From NCBI GenBank assembly GCA_017993955.1, contig JAGOLR010000004.1:3601-67600 (forward strand): 64,000 nt of DNA. Direction: 5' to 3'. The stretch's first letter is position 1. The number at the start of each line of letters is the position of its first letter. The stretch is from Candidatus Omnitrophota bacterium. Lineage in GTDB: Bacteria; Omnitrophota; Gorgyraeia; 2-01-FULL-45-10. The position numbers and the translations under genes are program-made. This document shows, piece after piece, positions 48,517 through 58,424 of this stretch. A model generated the notes under the pieces. That model ran no database searches. It saw only the letters and a program-made list of their open reading frames with translations, and was not told where the DNA came from.

Positions 48517-48554
48517 GTTTTTAAACTCCCGCAGCGGAAGGCCTTCCCCGGTCT

Positions 48555-49202
48555 ATGAGCGAAAGAAGATATAAGATTATTTACGAAGATGAGGCTGTTG
48601 TCGTAGTGGAAAAGCCTTCCGGAATGCTCGTGATCCCCAGCCCTAAAGGCGAGATGAACACCCTGGCAGACCTTCTGAATAAAGACCTTCACAGCCGCGG
48701 AGTCGAGGCTAATGCCCATCCATGCCATCGTATCGACCGTGAAACATCGGGATTGGTAGTATTCGCTAAGGGTAAAAAATTTCAGGGACTCCTGATGGAA
48801 GAATTTAAAAAGCGCTCAGTCAAAAAGTCGTACATAGCTTTTGTCCACGGCAAACTCAAAAAAAACTTTGATACGATAAGTCTTTCCATTTATAATAGGA
48901 ATAAAGACAGGGTCCAGGATGCCGTAACCCGATATCGGGTTACAAGGCGCTTTCCGGGTTTTACCATTGTAGAGGTTGAACCCGTTACCGGAAGGACCAA
49001 CCAGATCAGGATACATTTTGCCGGGATAGGGCATCCTTTGGTCGGAGAGAGCCTCTTCTGTTTTCGGAAAGATTTCGATCTTAAGTTCAAACGCACCGCG
49101 CTGCATGCGCATACCATAGAATTCAAACATCCGGTGAGCGGGAAAATGATGAAATTCGAATCGCCCATGCCGGACGATATGCTTAAGCTTATGGGCCAAT
49201 AA
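48555..49202 (+). CDS. RluA family pseudouridine synthase
   Basis: HRIDRETSGLVVFAK motif. Confidence 0.85.
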   Translation: MSERRYKIIYEDEAVVVVEKPSGMLVIPSPKGEMNTLADLLNKDLHSRGVEANAHPCHRIDRETSGLVVFAKGKKFQGLLMEEFKKRSVKKSYIAFVHGKLKKNFDTISLSIYNRNKDRVQDAVTRYRVTRRFPGFTIVEVEPVTGRTNQIRIHFAGIGHPLVGESLFCFRKDFDLKFKRTALHAHTIEFKHPVSGKMMKFESPMPDDMLKLMGQ

Positions 49203-49216
49203 ACGGAGGTAGTTGT

Positions 49217-50695
49217 ATGAGCGGTATCTTCGGGATCGTTTCAAAAGGTGACTGCGGCAGGGACTTGCTTTATTCTACGGACTACCACTCTCATCTTGGT
49301 ACCGAATACGGCGGCATGGCCGTTCTGGGGGACAAGTTTCACCGCCATATACATAATATCAGTCACAGTCAGTTCAAGTCGAAGTTTTTCGAAGATGCCA
49401 GGCATATGCCTGGCAACATGGGCATCGGCGTGATAAGCGCTTCCGACGAACAACCGATATATATTAATTCAAAATTCGGACCATTCTGCATAGTGACTAA
49501 CGGTATAATAGAAAATGCCGAAGAGCTTTCCCAAGGTCTCCTGCGTAAGGGGGTCTCTTTTAGCGAGGTCACAAAGGGCTCGGTCAACTCCACGGAACTT
49601 GTGGCCAAACTTATAGTGGAAGGGGATAGTATAGTATCAGGCATAGAAAGGGTCTTTGAGTCCATAGCCGGTTCGTGCTCCATATTGGTATTACACAAGG
49701 ATGGGATATACGCCGCCCGCGACCGCTTTGGATATACGCCGTTAGTTATAGGCAAGCGGCAGGATGCGATAGCCGTCACATCCGAGACATGCGCGTTTCC
49801 CAATAACGGTTTTGAAATAAAAAAGTACCTTGGGCCGGGAGAGATAGCGCTTATCAGCAAGGATGGGGTCGAAAATAAGATATCCGCCGGTGGTAAAGAA
49901 CAGATATGTACATTTCTCTGGATATATACAGGTTTTCCCGCATCGACATACGAGGGCGTAAATGCGGAAGTGGTAAGGGAGAGATGCGGCAGATATCTTG
50001 CAAGGCGCGACACCGATATAGGCGTAGACCTTGTCTCGGGAGTGCCTGATTCAGGTGTGGGGCATGCTATAGGCTATGCCATGGAGTCCAAGAAGCCATA
50101 CAGGCGACCGCTTGTAAAATATACTCCAGGTTATGGCAGGAGCTATACGCCTCCTTCTCAGGAGACGAGAGATCTTATAGCTAAGATGAAGCTTGTGCCT
50201 ATAAAAGAGGTTATAAGCGGTAACCGCATAGTCGTCTGCGAAGATTCGATAGTGCGAGGCACCCAACTGAAAAACTTTACAGTCAATAAGCTCTGGGATG
50301 CCGGGGCAAAGGAGATACACGTAAGACCCGCATGCCCTCCGCTTATGTTCCCGTGCAGATTTAATTTGTCTACCAGGACAACCGATGAGCTTGTGGCCAG
50401 AAGGGCTATAAGGAGCCTTGAGGGCCGCGAACCGCAGGACCTTTCGCCCTACCTGGATCATACTACCGATAAGTACAGGAAGATGGTGGATTGGATAGCC
50501 AAGGACATAGAAGTAACGACCCTCAGATATCAAACGCTTGAGGATATGGTATCGGCCGTAGGGCTGCCGAAAGAAAAACTCTGTCTTTACTGCTGGAACG
50601 GGCAGTGCCCCAAAGAACAGGGCGGGCCTTGCGCAATGTCATGCAATAGATCCAAAAAAGAGGAGAACGAAAGATGTCAGGCGTTAGCTACCTAA
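49217..50695 (+). CDS. purF: Amidophosphoribosyltransferase PurF-like enzyme, with Ser in place of the N-terminal nucleophile Cys
   Basis: MSGIFGIV N terminus (canonical MCGI). PRPP motif [12 protein letters not shown]-terminal Cys residues fit a 4Fe-4S cluster. Confidence 0.75.
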   Translation: MSGIFGIVSKGDCGRDLLYSTDYHSHLGTEYGGMAVLGDKFHRHIHNISHSQFKSKFFEDARHMPGNMGIGVISASDEQPIYINSKFGPFCIVTNGIIENAEELSQGLLRKGVSFSEVTKGSVNSTELVAKLIVEGDSIVSGIERVFESIAGSCSILVLHKDGIYAARDRFGYTPLVIGKRQDAIAVTSETCAFPNNGFEIKKYLGPGEIALISKDGVENKISAGGKEQICTFLWIYTGFPASTYEGVNAEVVRERCGRYLARRDTDIGVDLVSGVPDSGVGHAIGYAMESKKPYRRPLVKYTPGYGRSYTPPSQETRDLIAKMKLVPIKEVISGNRIVVCEDSIVRGTQLKNFTVNKLWDAGAKEIHVRPACPPLMFPCRFNLSTRTTDELVARRAIRSLEGREPQDLSPYLDHTTDKYRKMVDWIAKDIEVTTLRYQTLEDMVSAVGLPKEKLCLYCWNGQCPKEQGGPCAMSCNRSKKEENERCQALAT

Positions 50696-51147
50696 CCCAC
50701 GAAGGTTATGAAAAGTTACGCAAGGAATTGGAATATCTTAAAACGATTAAGCGCAAAGAGCTTTCAAAGGCTATAGGCGAGGCGCGCAGTCACGGTGATT
50801 TAAGCGAAAACGCAGAATATGATGCCGCAAAAGAAGCGCAGGGTCTTAATGAGAAACGCATAGCCGAGCTTGAATCTAAATTGGCCACTGCCCAGATAAT
50901 CGATAACGATCAGATGTCGAGCGACGAGGTGCTTATAGGGGCTACCGTGAAACTCAAGGACATGAAGTCCGGCCAGGAGTTGGAGTATATGCTGGTCGCG
51001 GAAGAGGAAGCGGACTACGACCAGAATAAGATATCGGTTTCTTCGCCGGTCGGCAGTTCTCTGGTGAACCACAAGGTAGATGATATAGTTGAAATAAAAG
51101 TGCCGGCCGGAGTCCTTAAGTATAAGGTGCTCAAGATATCCCGGTAA
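50674..51147 (+). CDS. greA: Transcription elongation factor GreA
   Basis: [15 protein letters not shown]...[15 protein letters not shown] matches the GreA N-terminal coiled coil; 157 aa. Confidence 0.9.
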   Translation: MSGVSYLTHEGYEKLRKELEYLKTIKRKELSKAIGEARSHGDLSENAEYDAAKEAQGLNEKRIAELESKLATAQIIDNDQMSSDEVLIGATVKLKDMKSGQELEYMLVAEEEADYDQNKISVSSPVGSSLVNHKVDDIVEIKVPAGVLKYKVLKISR

Positions 51148-51179
51148 CTGTAATCCTCGGCGTCTTTCGATTTAACGCT

Positions 51180-52547
51180 ATGAGGCAGGATTTGAAGCCC
51201 AATACAAACGTTCATACCAATACCCTCGACGCTATAACCGAAGATTTTTGTCTTCCCAGTGCCCAACTAAAAGGTATAATCGGTTCTTTCGTCTGTGAGA
51301 TGAAGCGCGGCCTTCTCGGTCAAAAAAGTTCTCTCAAGATGATACCCACCTACGTTTCCCGTCCTTCAGGAGATGAGCGCGGCAGCTTTATAGCGCTCGA
51401 TCTTGGGGGGACAAACTTCCGCATACTTGAACTAAGTCTTAAAGGGCATGGGCGCGCCGCCCGTCCCCGTGTAATGAAATTTACCGTCAGTAAACGCCTC
51501 ATGACAGGTAAGGGCGAAGCCCTTTTTGATTTTATAGCCGATTGTTTGGCATCGTTCCTGAAAAAGACGAAAGTAAGTTGCGCAAAAAAGACGGAACTGG
51601 GTTTTACATTCTCTTTCCCGGTGAGGCAGACCGGCGTCGCTTCAGGCAGGCTCGTTTGTTGGACAAAAGGTTTTAGCGCAAAGGGAGTAGAGGGAAAAGA
51701 TGTAGTGGGGTGTTTGAAGGATGCTCTGATAAGGAAAGGTCTTTTTAATATAGAGATAGCGGCTCTTGCAAACGATACGGTAGGTACCCTCGTCGCCTGC
51801 AGTTATGCCGATAAAACGTGTGACGTAGGGGTTATAATAGGAACCGGCACCAATGCATGTTACCCGGAGGACATATCAAAGGTGCGGAGAATCCACGGCC
51901 CGTTTCCTGCCGGCCGCGAGATCATTATCAATATAGAGTGGGGGAACTTTTGCAAGCTTAGACGGACCCGGTATGATAAAATGCTTGACCGCGCGTCAAG
52001 TAACCCGGGAGAGCAGATGCTTGAAAAGATGGTATCAGGCATGTACCTTGGTGAGATAACGCGGCTTGTACTTGCAGATCTCGAAAAGCGAGGTATACTT
52101 TTTAGTGCGCATAATAGATGCCTTGGAAGGAAGGGGATATTTAGGACCGAATACGTGTCCGCGATAGCCATAGACAAGGCGCCGCGGTTTAGTATTACCG
52201 AAAGGGTTCTCCGGGATATCGGCCTGCGGGGTTTTCGATCATGCGACCTGCAGATGGTTTACGAAGTATGTAAGGCGGTTTCGCGTAGAGGCGCCCGCAT
52301 AGCTGCCGCAGCCATAATGGGAGTTATCGGAAAGTCTGATCCGCGTTTTTTAAAAAAACACAAAGTGGCTATAGACGGCAGCGTATACGAAAAGCATCCG
52401 TTCTTTAAGGTATGTATGGAAGAGGCGTTCAGGGAGATCCTGGGTCAAAGATCTTCCAGGATAGAGATGGCTCTTACTAAGGACGGCTCAGGAAGAGGGG
52501 CTGCCATAATAGCAGCGGTAGCTTATAAAGATAGAAATGCAGAATAA
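51180..52547 (+). CDS. Hexokinase family sugar kinase
   Basis: LDLGGTNFRIL phosphate-1 motif and a two-domain actin-fold length. Confidence 0.7.
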   Translation: MRQDLKPNTNVHTNTLDAITEDFCLPSAQLKGIIGSFVCEMKRGLLGQKSSLKMIPTYVSRPSGDERGSFIALDLGGTNFRILELSLKGHGRAARPRVMKFTVSKRLMTGKGEALFDFIADCLASFLKKTKVSCAKKTELGFTFSFPVRQTGVASGRLVCWTKGFSAKGVEGKDVVGCLKDALIRKGLFNIEIAALANDTVGTLVACSYADKTCDVGVIIGTGTNACYPEDISKVRRIHGPFPAGREIIINIEWGNFCKLRRTRYDKMLDRASSNPGEQMLEKMVSGMYLGEITRLVLADLEKRGILFSAHNRCLGRKGIFRTEYVSAIAIDKAPRFSITERVLRDIGLRGFRSCDLQMVYEVCKAVSRRGARIAAAAIMGVIGKSDPRFLKKHKVAIDGSVYEKHPFFKVCMEEAFREILGQRSSRIEMALTKDGSGRGAAIIAAVAYKDRNAE

Positions 52548-52559
52548 GTATAAAAGGAG

Positions 52560-52754
52560 GTGATTGAATTGGGAAAGATGAATTCTACAAGTGCTGCCAT
52601 GAGAAGATCTACGCAGACGGCGTTCGGCGATCAGTTGAACGATATGATCCGTAAAAAGGCGTATGAACTTTATGAAAAGCGCGGTCGCAAAAGCGGTAAT
52701 GCCTTGACCGATTGGCTTGAGGCGGAGAGAATAGTGAAGGCAAATACAAGGTAG
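52560..52754 (+). CDS. DUF2934 family small protein (paralog of 42281-42463)
   Basis: KKAYELYEKRGRKSGNALTDWLEAERIVKA. Confidence 0.65.
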   Translation: MIELGKMNSTSAAMRRSTQTAFGDQLNDMIRKKAYELYEKRGRKSGNALTDWLEAERIVKANTR

Positions 52755-52817
52755 TGTTATATCTAACCATGGGGCGGCTCTTTATATTCAGCCGCCCCTG
52801 CCGGGGAGGGTTTCTAA

Positions 52818-53207
52818 ATGGGCGGCGGTATCAGAAAGAAGATCCTTATAGTCGACGACGAGATAGATTTTTTGAAGATGATGAAGTCCAGGCTTGAAGA
52901 TCAGTATGATATCATAACGGCTTCCGACGGCGAAGAGGCCCTGGCGATGGTGGAGGCCGAGCATCCCGATGCGGTGCTCTTGGACCTTGTGATGGAAGGC
53001 ATGGACGGACTGGAGGTGCTTAGGATAATACGTAAAGCTAACAAAAACCTTCCGGTATTTATGATGACGGCTTTTTCGGACCTCGAAAGGGTGAGTGAAT
53101 CCAATAAGCTGAAATCTTCCGGTTTTATAGTAAAGACAGATAATATCGAGAAACAGTTGAGGTGCATTCAAAGCGCCCTCGGTCTTTCGGACAAGTACCG
53201 GAAATAA
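52818..53207 (+). CDS. Stand-alone response-regulator receiver (CheY-like) domain protein
   Basis: ILIVDDE...D motif, phospho-acceptor Asp in LLDLVMEGMDG, and a conserved Thr/Lys region. Confidence 0.8.
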   Translation: MGGGIRKKILIVDDEIDFLKMMKSRLEDQYDIITASDGEEALAMVEAEHPDAVLLDLVMEGMDGLEVLRIIRKANKNLPVFMMTAFSDLERVSESNKLKSSGFIVKTDNIEKQLRCIQSALGLSDKYRK

Positions 53208-53249
53208 TTCCAGCATATTCTTTTTCCTTCCTGTGATATAATCATACCC

Positions 53250-53909
53250 ATGCAGGCTTTCATAGGATCATTTATTTTTGTTTTATTGGCGGAGATGGGC
53301 GACAAGACGCAACTCCTCGCTATGGCTTTCGCCGCCAAGTATAAGGCTCGCCATGTTCTGATAGCGGTCTTCATAGCCACGCTTTTAAATCATTCTCTAG
53401 CTGTCCTTACGGGCCATTTCCTTACGGTAGTAGTGCCTATGCGGGTCATATCTTTTATGGCCGCCATATCTTTTATAATATTCGGATTATGGACATTACA
53501 CGGCGACAGCCTTCACGGTGAAGATAAAAGGCCTACGCACTTCGGTCCTGTGCTGACGGTTGCGATAGCTTTCTTCCTGGCGGAGATGGGAGATAAGACC
53601 CAGCTTGCTACCGTAAGCCTTGCCGTAAAATACAGGAATATGCTGCACGTACTTTTCGGCACTACTTTTGCGATGGTGGCAGCGGATGCCGCGGGAATTC
53701 TTTTGGGCGTAGTTATGAGAAAACATATCCCGGAACGCGGTATAAAATGGTTTGCGGCCTCGACTTTTATAATATTCGGAATATCGGGTATATACGGCTC
53801 AATATTCGAAATTTTTAGTTTATTCTACGCTTGGTCGATTATGGCGTTAATCATGGCCTTGACGGTTTATTTTGCGTACCGTATAGCCAGAAAGGAGCGG
53901 ATATTTTGA
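53250..53909 (+). CDS. UPF0016/GDT1 (TMEM165) family cation transporter
   Basis: Duplicated E-x-G-D-(KR)-(TS) motif (EMGDKTQL occurs twice). Confidence 0.8.
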   Translation: MQAFIGSFIFVLLAEMGDKTQLLAMAFAAKYKARHVLIAVFIATLLNHSLAVLTGHFLTVVVPMRVISFMAAISFIIFGLWTLHGDSLHGEDKRPTHFGPVLTVAIAFFLAEMGDKTQLATVSLAVKYRNMLHVLFGTTFAMVAADAAGILLGVVMRKHIPERGIKWFAASTFIIFGISGIYGSIFEIFSLFYAWSIMALIMALTVYFAYRIARKERIF

Positions 53910-54799
53910 TCGATGCCTTTTTTGATTCAGTAAGACTTCTGCCTTTTTTGGCGCTGGTTTACTTTCTGGTAGGGTTCTTCGAATATCGTTACGGAGACCG
54001 TGTCAGCCATTATATAATGCGGTTAGGGATACTGGGACCCGTGGCCGGAGCGTTATTCGGCTGCATACCCCAATGCGGTTTTTCTGTGGTTGCCTCGGCC
54101 TTATATGTCAAACGCCTTATATCTACCGGCACCCTTATAGCTGTTTTTTTATCAACATCTGATGAGGCAATACCGGTTTTGCTATCGATGCCGCATAAGG
54201 CCAGTATGGTCGCTGTTTTAATATTGATAAAGGTTGTTATAGCTGTGGCCGTAGGAATCTCGGTGGATTATATAATACGCAGCTTTGTTAAATCAAGCGC
54301 TTCTTCCGGGGTACCGGTCGAAACCTCTTATGGCGATGCTATGACTGGTCACTCGGGATGTTGTTCTCACGGCCTTCATGATAAGCCGTCACGGCTTAAT
54401 GCGCTTTTACTGCATCCATTGCTACATACGGTTAAAATATTCTTATTTCTTTTTGTTTTGACGGCTATTTTGAACTTTTCTATAGAAATCGTAGGCAGAC
54501 AAAAATTTGAATCTATATTTTTGGAAGGAAGTTTATTCCAGCCGGTCTTTGCTTCCATGGTAGGCCTGATACCAAATTGTTTTGCCTCGGTATTCCTTGC
54601 CCAGCTCTTTGCGGACGGAGTTATCAGTTTTGGTTCTCTTGTAGCCGGCCTCTGCTCAGGCGCTGGGCTTGGACTTCTGGTCCTTATCAGGGATAACAAG
54701 GATAGGCGTGATACATTACGCATTATCGCGATACTTTTGGGTGTAAGCATAATTTCCGGAATGGTGATACAATCGGCAGGAATATGGGGTAGTATATGA
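53906..54799 (+). CDS. Two-repeat permease with conserved cysteine motifs (UPF0718/DUF318-like); TTG start overlaps the upstream stop
   Basis: Internal repeat with GCIPQCGF and GLIPNCFAS, plus a HSGCCSHGLHD loop. Confidence 0.5.
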   Translation: MIDAFFDSVRLLPFLALVYFLVGFFEYRYGDRVSHYIMRLGILGPVAGALFGCIPQCGFSVVASALYVKRLISTGTLIAVFLSTSDEAIPVLLSMPHKASMVAVLILIKVVIAVAVGISVDYIIRSFVKSSASSGVPVETSYGDAMTGHSGCCSHGLHDKPSRLNALLLHPLLHTVKIFLFLFVLTAILNFSIEIVGRQKFESIFLEGSLFQPVFASMVGLIPNCFASVFLAQLFADGVISFGSLVAGLCSGAGLGLLVLIRDNKDRRDTLRIIAILLGVSIISGMVIQSAGIWGSI

Positions 54800-55029
54800 A
54801 AAAATGTTCACTTGTACAGCTTAAGCCTGACAACAGGGCAAGGGTGTCTGAGATACACGGCGGAGATAACCTTCGCAACAGGCTGATGAGTATGGGGATA
54901 TATAAAGGAAAAGAACTGGTAAAATTAAGCCATATAGGTTTAAGGGGGCCTGTCGTAGTCAAAATCGGTAGAGGCATATTGGCTCTGGGTCATGGCGTGG
55001 CTGCGAAGATAATTTTGGAGCATGAATGA
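54796..55029 (+). CDS. feoA: Ferrous iron transport protein FeoA
   Basis: SH3-like FeoA domain, 77 aa, immediately upstream of feoB. Confidence 0.8.
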   Translation: MKKCSLVQLKPDNRARVSEIHGGDNLRNRLMSMGIYKGKELVKLSHIGLRGPVVVKIGRGILALGHGVAAKIILEHE

Positions 55030-56756
55030 TAAAGAAGATATATCTCATAGGTAATCCAAACGTGGGCAAGAGCGTTGTATTCTCCCGCCTGACCGGGGTA
55101 AATGTCGTATCTTCGAACTACCCGGGGACCACGGTGGAGATATCTAAGGGGTTTCTTAAACTTAACGAAGATAGGATAGAAGTAATAGATCTGCCGGGCA
55201 CATACTCGCTTGAACCCACATCCAGGGCCGAAGAAGTCGCAGTCTCCATATTAAACGATAGCGCGAAAGAAGAGGTGGTCGTTATAAATATACTGGATTC
55301 CACCAATCTGGAAAGAAATCTTCTTCTTACGCTTCAGTTGATAGAGGCCGGTTTCCCCGTAATGGCATGCCTTAATATGTGTGACGATGCGGGTCATAGG
55401 GGTATCCATATAGATGTCGATAAGCTGGAAAATATTTTACAGATACCCGTAATATCCACATGCGCCATAACGGGGCGCGGTATAAGGATGATTACGGAGC
55501 GTTTGCCGCAAGCCCATCCCGCCGCAAGGGGGACGCTATCTAATGAGGACAGGTGGAAGGAGATAGGCAGGATAGTAGAATCCGTCCAGCGTCTGGAGCA
55601 CCGGCATCATACGCTGAGGGAGATGATAGAAGACGCCTCGGTGCGTCCGCTTGCGGGTTTCTTCATAGCGGCATGCGTCTTGTACGGGTCTTTTAAGATA
55701 GTGAGATTTATAGGGGAGTCTATAATAAACAAAATAACGGACCCGTTCTTTTTGGGCATATACCAGCCTATTCTCGAAAAGCTGACCTCTTCTTTGGATA
55801 AGAAAGGGTTTTTATTCCACCTTCTGATAGGTGACCTGGTGGGCGGAAAAATAGATTTTAAGCAATCTTTGGGAGTGCTCACTACCGCCCCGTATATAGA
55901 ATTCGGCATGGTGCTCCCGTATGTTATATCGTTTTATCTCGTGCTGAGCGCTCTCGAAGATATAGGTTATCTGCCAAGGCTGGCAATATTGCTGGATAAT
56001 TTATTGCACCGCATAGGACTCCATGGTTTTGCCGTTATACCGGTGCTTCTGGGTTTCGGATGCAACGTTCCTGGGATACTTGCTACCAGGGCTCTTGAGT
56101 CAAAGCGCGAGAGATTTATCGCTTCCACTATAATATCGATAGGCATACCATGCGTGCCGCTACAAGCGATGATATTCGGATTATTAGGTGCATTCGGCGG
56201 GTTTTATGTCGCAGGAGTATATTTAACTTTGTTTGTTATAATACTGATACTAGGTATCGCTCTTAATCGTATAGTACCAGGCTACAGCCCGGAATTTTTA
56301 CTGGAGATACCTCCATACAGATTTCCTCCCATCGGTGCTCTTATTAAAAAACTCTATTTGCGAGTCAGGGGTTTTTTGATAGAAGCCGTTCCGGTGGTAT
56401 TGGGAGGCGTCTTATTAGTGAATGTGCTGTTATATTTCAAGCTATTAGATCTGGTTACTGCTATATCCGCCCCTGTTATCCAAGGCCTTTTCGGTCTTCC
56501 AAAAGAAGCGGTTGTTGCGCTTGTCATAGGTTTTATAAGAAAAGACGTAGCGGTCGGTATGCTTATGCCGTTGGGCCTTTCGGCCAAACAGCTGTTTATC
56601 GGGACTACGCTTTTGGCGATATCTTTTCCATGCATCGCGACATTCATCGTTATCTGGAAGGAGCTTGGGATAAAAGACCTCGCCAAAGCGACGCTTATAA
56701 TGATGCTCATCAGCCTCATCGTCGGGACCGCGCTCAATTTTATAATATTACCCTAA
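55026..56756 (+). CDS. feoB: Ferrous iron transport protein FeoB
   Basis: N-terminal G-domain GNPNVGKS followed by a polytopic membrane domain. Confidence 0.85.
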   Translation: MIKKIYLIGNPNVGKSVVFSRLTGVNVVSSNYPGTTVEISKGFLKLNEDRIEVIDLPGTYSLEPTSRAEEVAVSILNDSAKEEVVVINILDSTNLERNLLLTLQLIEAGFPVMACLNMCDDAGHRGIHIDVDKLENILQIPVISTCAITGRGIRMITERLPQAHPAARGTLSNEDRWKEIGRIVESVQRLEHRHHTLREMIEDASVRPLAGFFIAACVLYGSFKIVRFIGESIINKITDPFFLGIYQPILEKLTSSLDKKGFLFHLLIGDLVGGKIDFKQSLGVLTTAPYIEFGMVLPYVISFYLVLSALEDIGYLPRLAILLDNLLHRIGLHGFAVIPVLLGFGCNVPGILATRALESKRERFIASTIISIGIPCVPLQAMIFGLLGAFGGFYVAGVYLTLFVIILILGIALNRIVPGYSPEFLLEIPPYRFPPIGALIKKLYLRVRGFLIEAVPVVLGGVLLVNVLLYFKLLDLVTAISAPVIQGLFGLPKEAVVALVIGFIRKDVAVGMLMPLGLSAKQLFIGTTLLAISFPCIATFIVIWKELGIKDLAKATLIMMLISLIVGTALNFIILP

Positions 56757-56786
56757 TGTTCTGATAAAATATCCGAAGAGATAAAA

Positions 56787-58256
56787 ATGACTATCGAAGC
56801 TAATTTATTATGGGTATCGGTATTGATGCTTGTAAGCGTTTTTGCCAGCAAGATAACCGATAGATTTGCCATTCCGGCCCTGTTATTGTTCCTTACAATA
56901 GGAATGCTTGCAGGTTCTGAGGGTATAGGAGGGGTTTATTTTGACGATCCATGGGTCGCCAAGTCCATAGGCGTAATATCTCTTATATTCATAATATTTT
57001 CAGGGGGTATCGATACCAATTGGAAAGAAATAAGACCCATATTACTGCCAGGCATAGTCCTGTCGACTGCCGGCGTTCTCCTTACCGCAGTTATAATAGG
57101 CCTGTTTTCTGTTTACGTGCTCAAATTTTCTATCTTGGAAGGATTATTGTTAGGTTCGATAGTTTCATCTACCGATGCCGCTGCAGTATTTAGTATCCTT
57201 AGGTCAAAACGAATAAGCCTCAAAAGTCCAATTAAGCCTCTGCTTGAAATGGAATCCGGCAGCAATGACCCCATGGCGGTATTTTTGACAATAACATTTC
57301 TGGGAATGATAACAACCAAAGATATCAATCTTTCGATGATGGCTTTTAGATTCTTTATGGATATGGCGGGAGGAGCGTTTATAGGCTACATAATGGGAAG
57401 GCTTATAATTCTAATCATGAATAGGCTTAATCTCGAATATGATGGGCTTTATCCGGTCCTTACCATATCGTTCCTGCTCTTTACTTACACTATTGCGGTT
57501 ATGGCTAATGGAAACGGTTTTTTAGCCGTTTATATAATCGGATTGATGATGGGAAAAACCGAATTTTTAAACAAAAAGTTAATAATAAAATTCCACGACG
57601 GTTTGGCGTGGTTGTCTCAGATCGTCATGTTCTTAACGATGGGCCTTTTGGTATTTCCATCCCATGTCATACCGGTCATGGCGACAGGCATTTTGATATC
57701 TGTCGTCCTTATGATAATAGCCCGCCCAATAAGCGTGCTTTTATGCCTTCTACCCTTCAGGATCAATGCCGCTAAAAAAGCGATGGTTGCATGGGTAGGT
57801 TTGCGCGGAGCCGTACCTATCATATTAGCGACATTCCCTCTTTTGGCAGGAATACCCCAGGCTGAGACCATATTCAATGTGGTGTTTTTTGTTGTCATAA
57901 CTTCGGTCCTGATCCAGGGTATTTCTATTCCGTATGTTTCGAAGGTATTGAACGCGAATGCGCCGTTTGTAAACAGACGTCGTTATCCTATAGATTTTGA
58001 AAAGATGCATGGTATCGATGCTGAATTGACGGATGTTCTGGTGCCTTACAGTTCAGACGCGATAGGTAAGCGTATCGCGGAATTGGCCGTGCCGGAAAAA
58101 TGTTTGATAATGCTTGTATCTAGGGGGGACAGATTTATCATACCATCCGGGCAGACTGTTCTGGAGGAAGGAGACGTCTTGCTTGTGCTCGCCAATGACC
58201 GGGACCTGTCATTTCTTCAAGAAAGCCTGAAGCCCGTAAAGAAGGAGAATAGATGA
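56787..58256 (+). CDS. CPA1-family K+/H+ (NhaP2-type) antiporter with C-terminal TrkA-C domain
   Basis: Na+/H+ exchanger fold plus a C-terminal RCK_C domain. Confidence 0.75.
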   Translation: MTIEANLLWVSVLMLVSVFASKITDRFAIPALLLFLTIGMLAGSEGIGGVYFDDPWVAKSIGVISLIFIIFSGGIDTNWKEIRPILLPGIVLSTAGVLLTAVIIGLFSVYVLKFSILEGLLLGSIVSSTDAAAVFSILRSKRISLKSPIKPLLEMESGSNDPMAVFLTITFLGMITTKDINLSMMAFRFFMDMAGGAFIGYIMGRLIILIMNRLNLEYDGLYPVLTISFLLFTYTIAVMANGNGFLAVYIIGLMMGKTEFLNKKLIIKFHDGLAWLSQIVMFLTMGLLVFPSHVIPVMATGILISVVLMIIARPISVLLCLLPFRINAAKKAMVAWVGLRGAVPIILATFPLLAGIPQAETIFNVVFFVVITSVLIQGISIPYVSKVLNANAPFVNRRRYPIDFEKMHGIDAELTDVLVPYSSDAIGKRIAELAVPEKCLIMLVSRGDRFIIPSGQTVLEEGDVLLVLANDRDLSFLQESLKPVKKENR

Positions 58257-58405
58257 AGATATCGCCATACCAGATAGTAGCCATATCGGGATCTTTTCTG
58301 CTAGTTCTGTCAGGCCTGATGCGTTTTTTTCATTCAGGCAGTCCAAAAGAGTTGGCTGTCGGAGTGCTATATTTTATAGCCAACATAATTATATTCTGTT
58401 TGTAG
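58253..58405 (+). CDS. Possible 50-aa hydrophobic small protein translationally coupled (ATGA overlap) to the antiporter
   Basis: ATG overlaps the upstream TGA. The product has two hydrophobic segments. It is below the ORF-track length cut-off. Confidence 0.25.
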   Translation: MKISPYQIVAISGSFLLVLSGLMRFFHSGSPKELAVGVLYFIANIIIFCL

Positions 58406-58424
58406 CCATTCCGAAAAGATTCAA

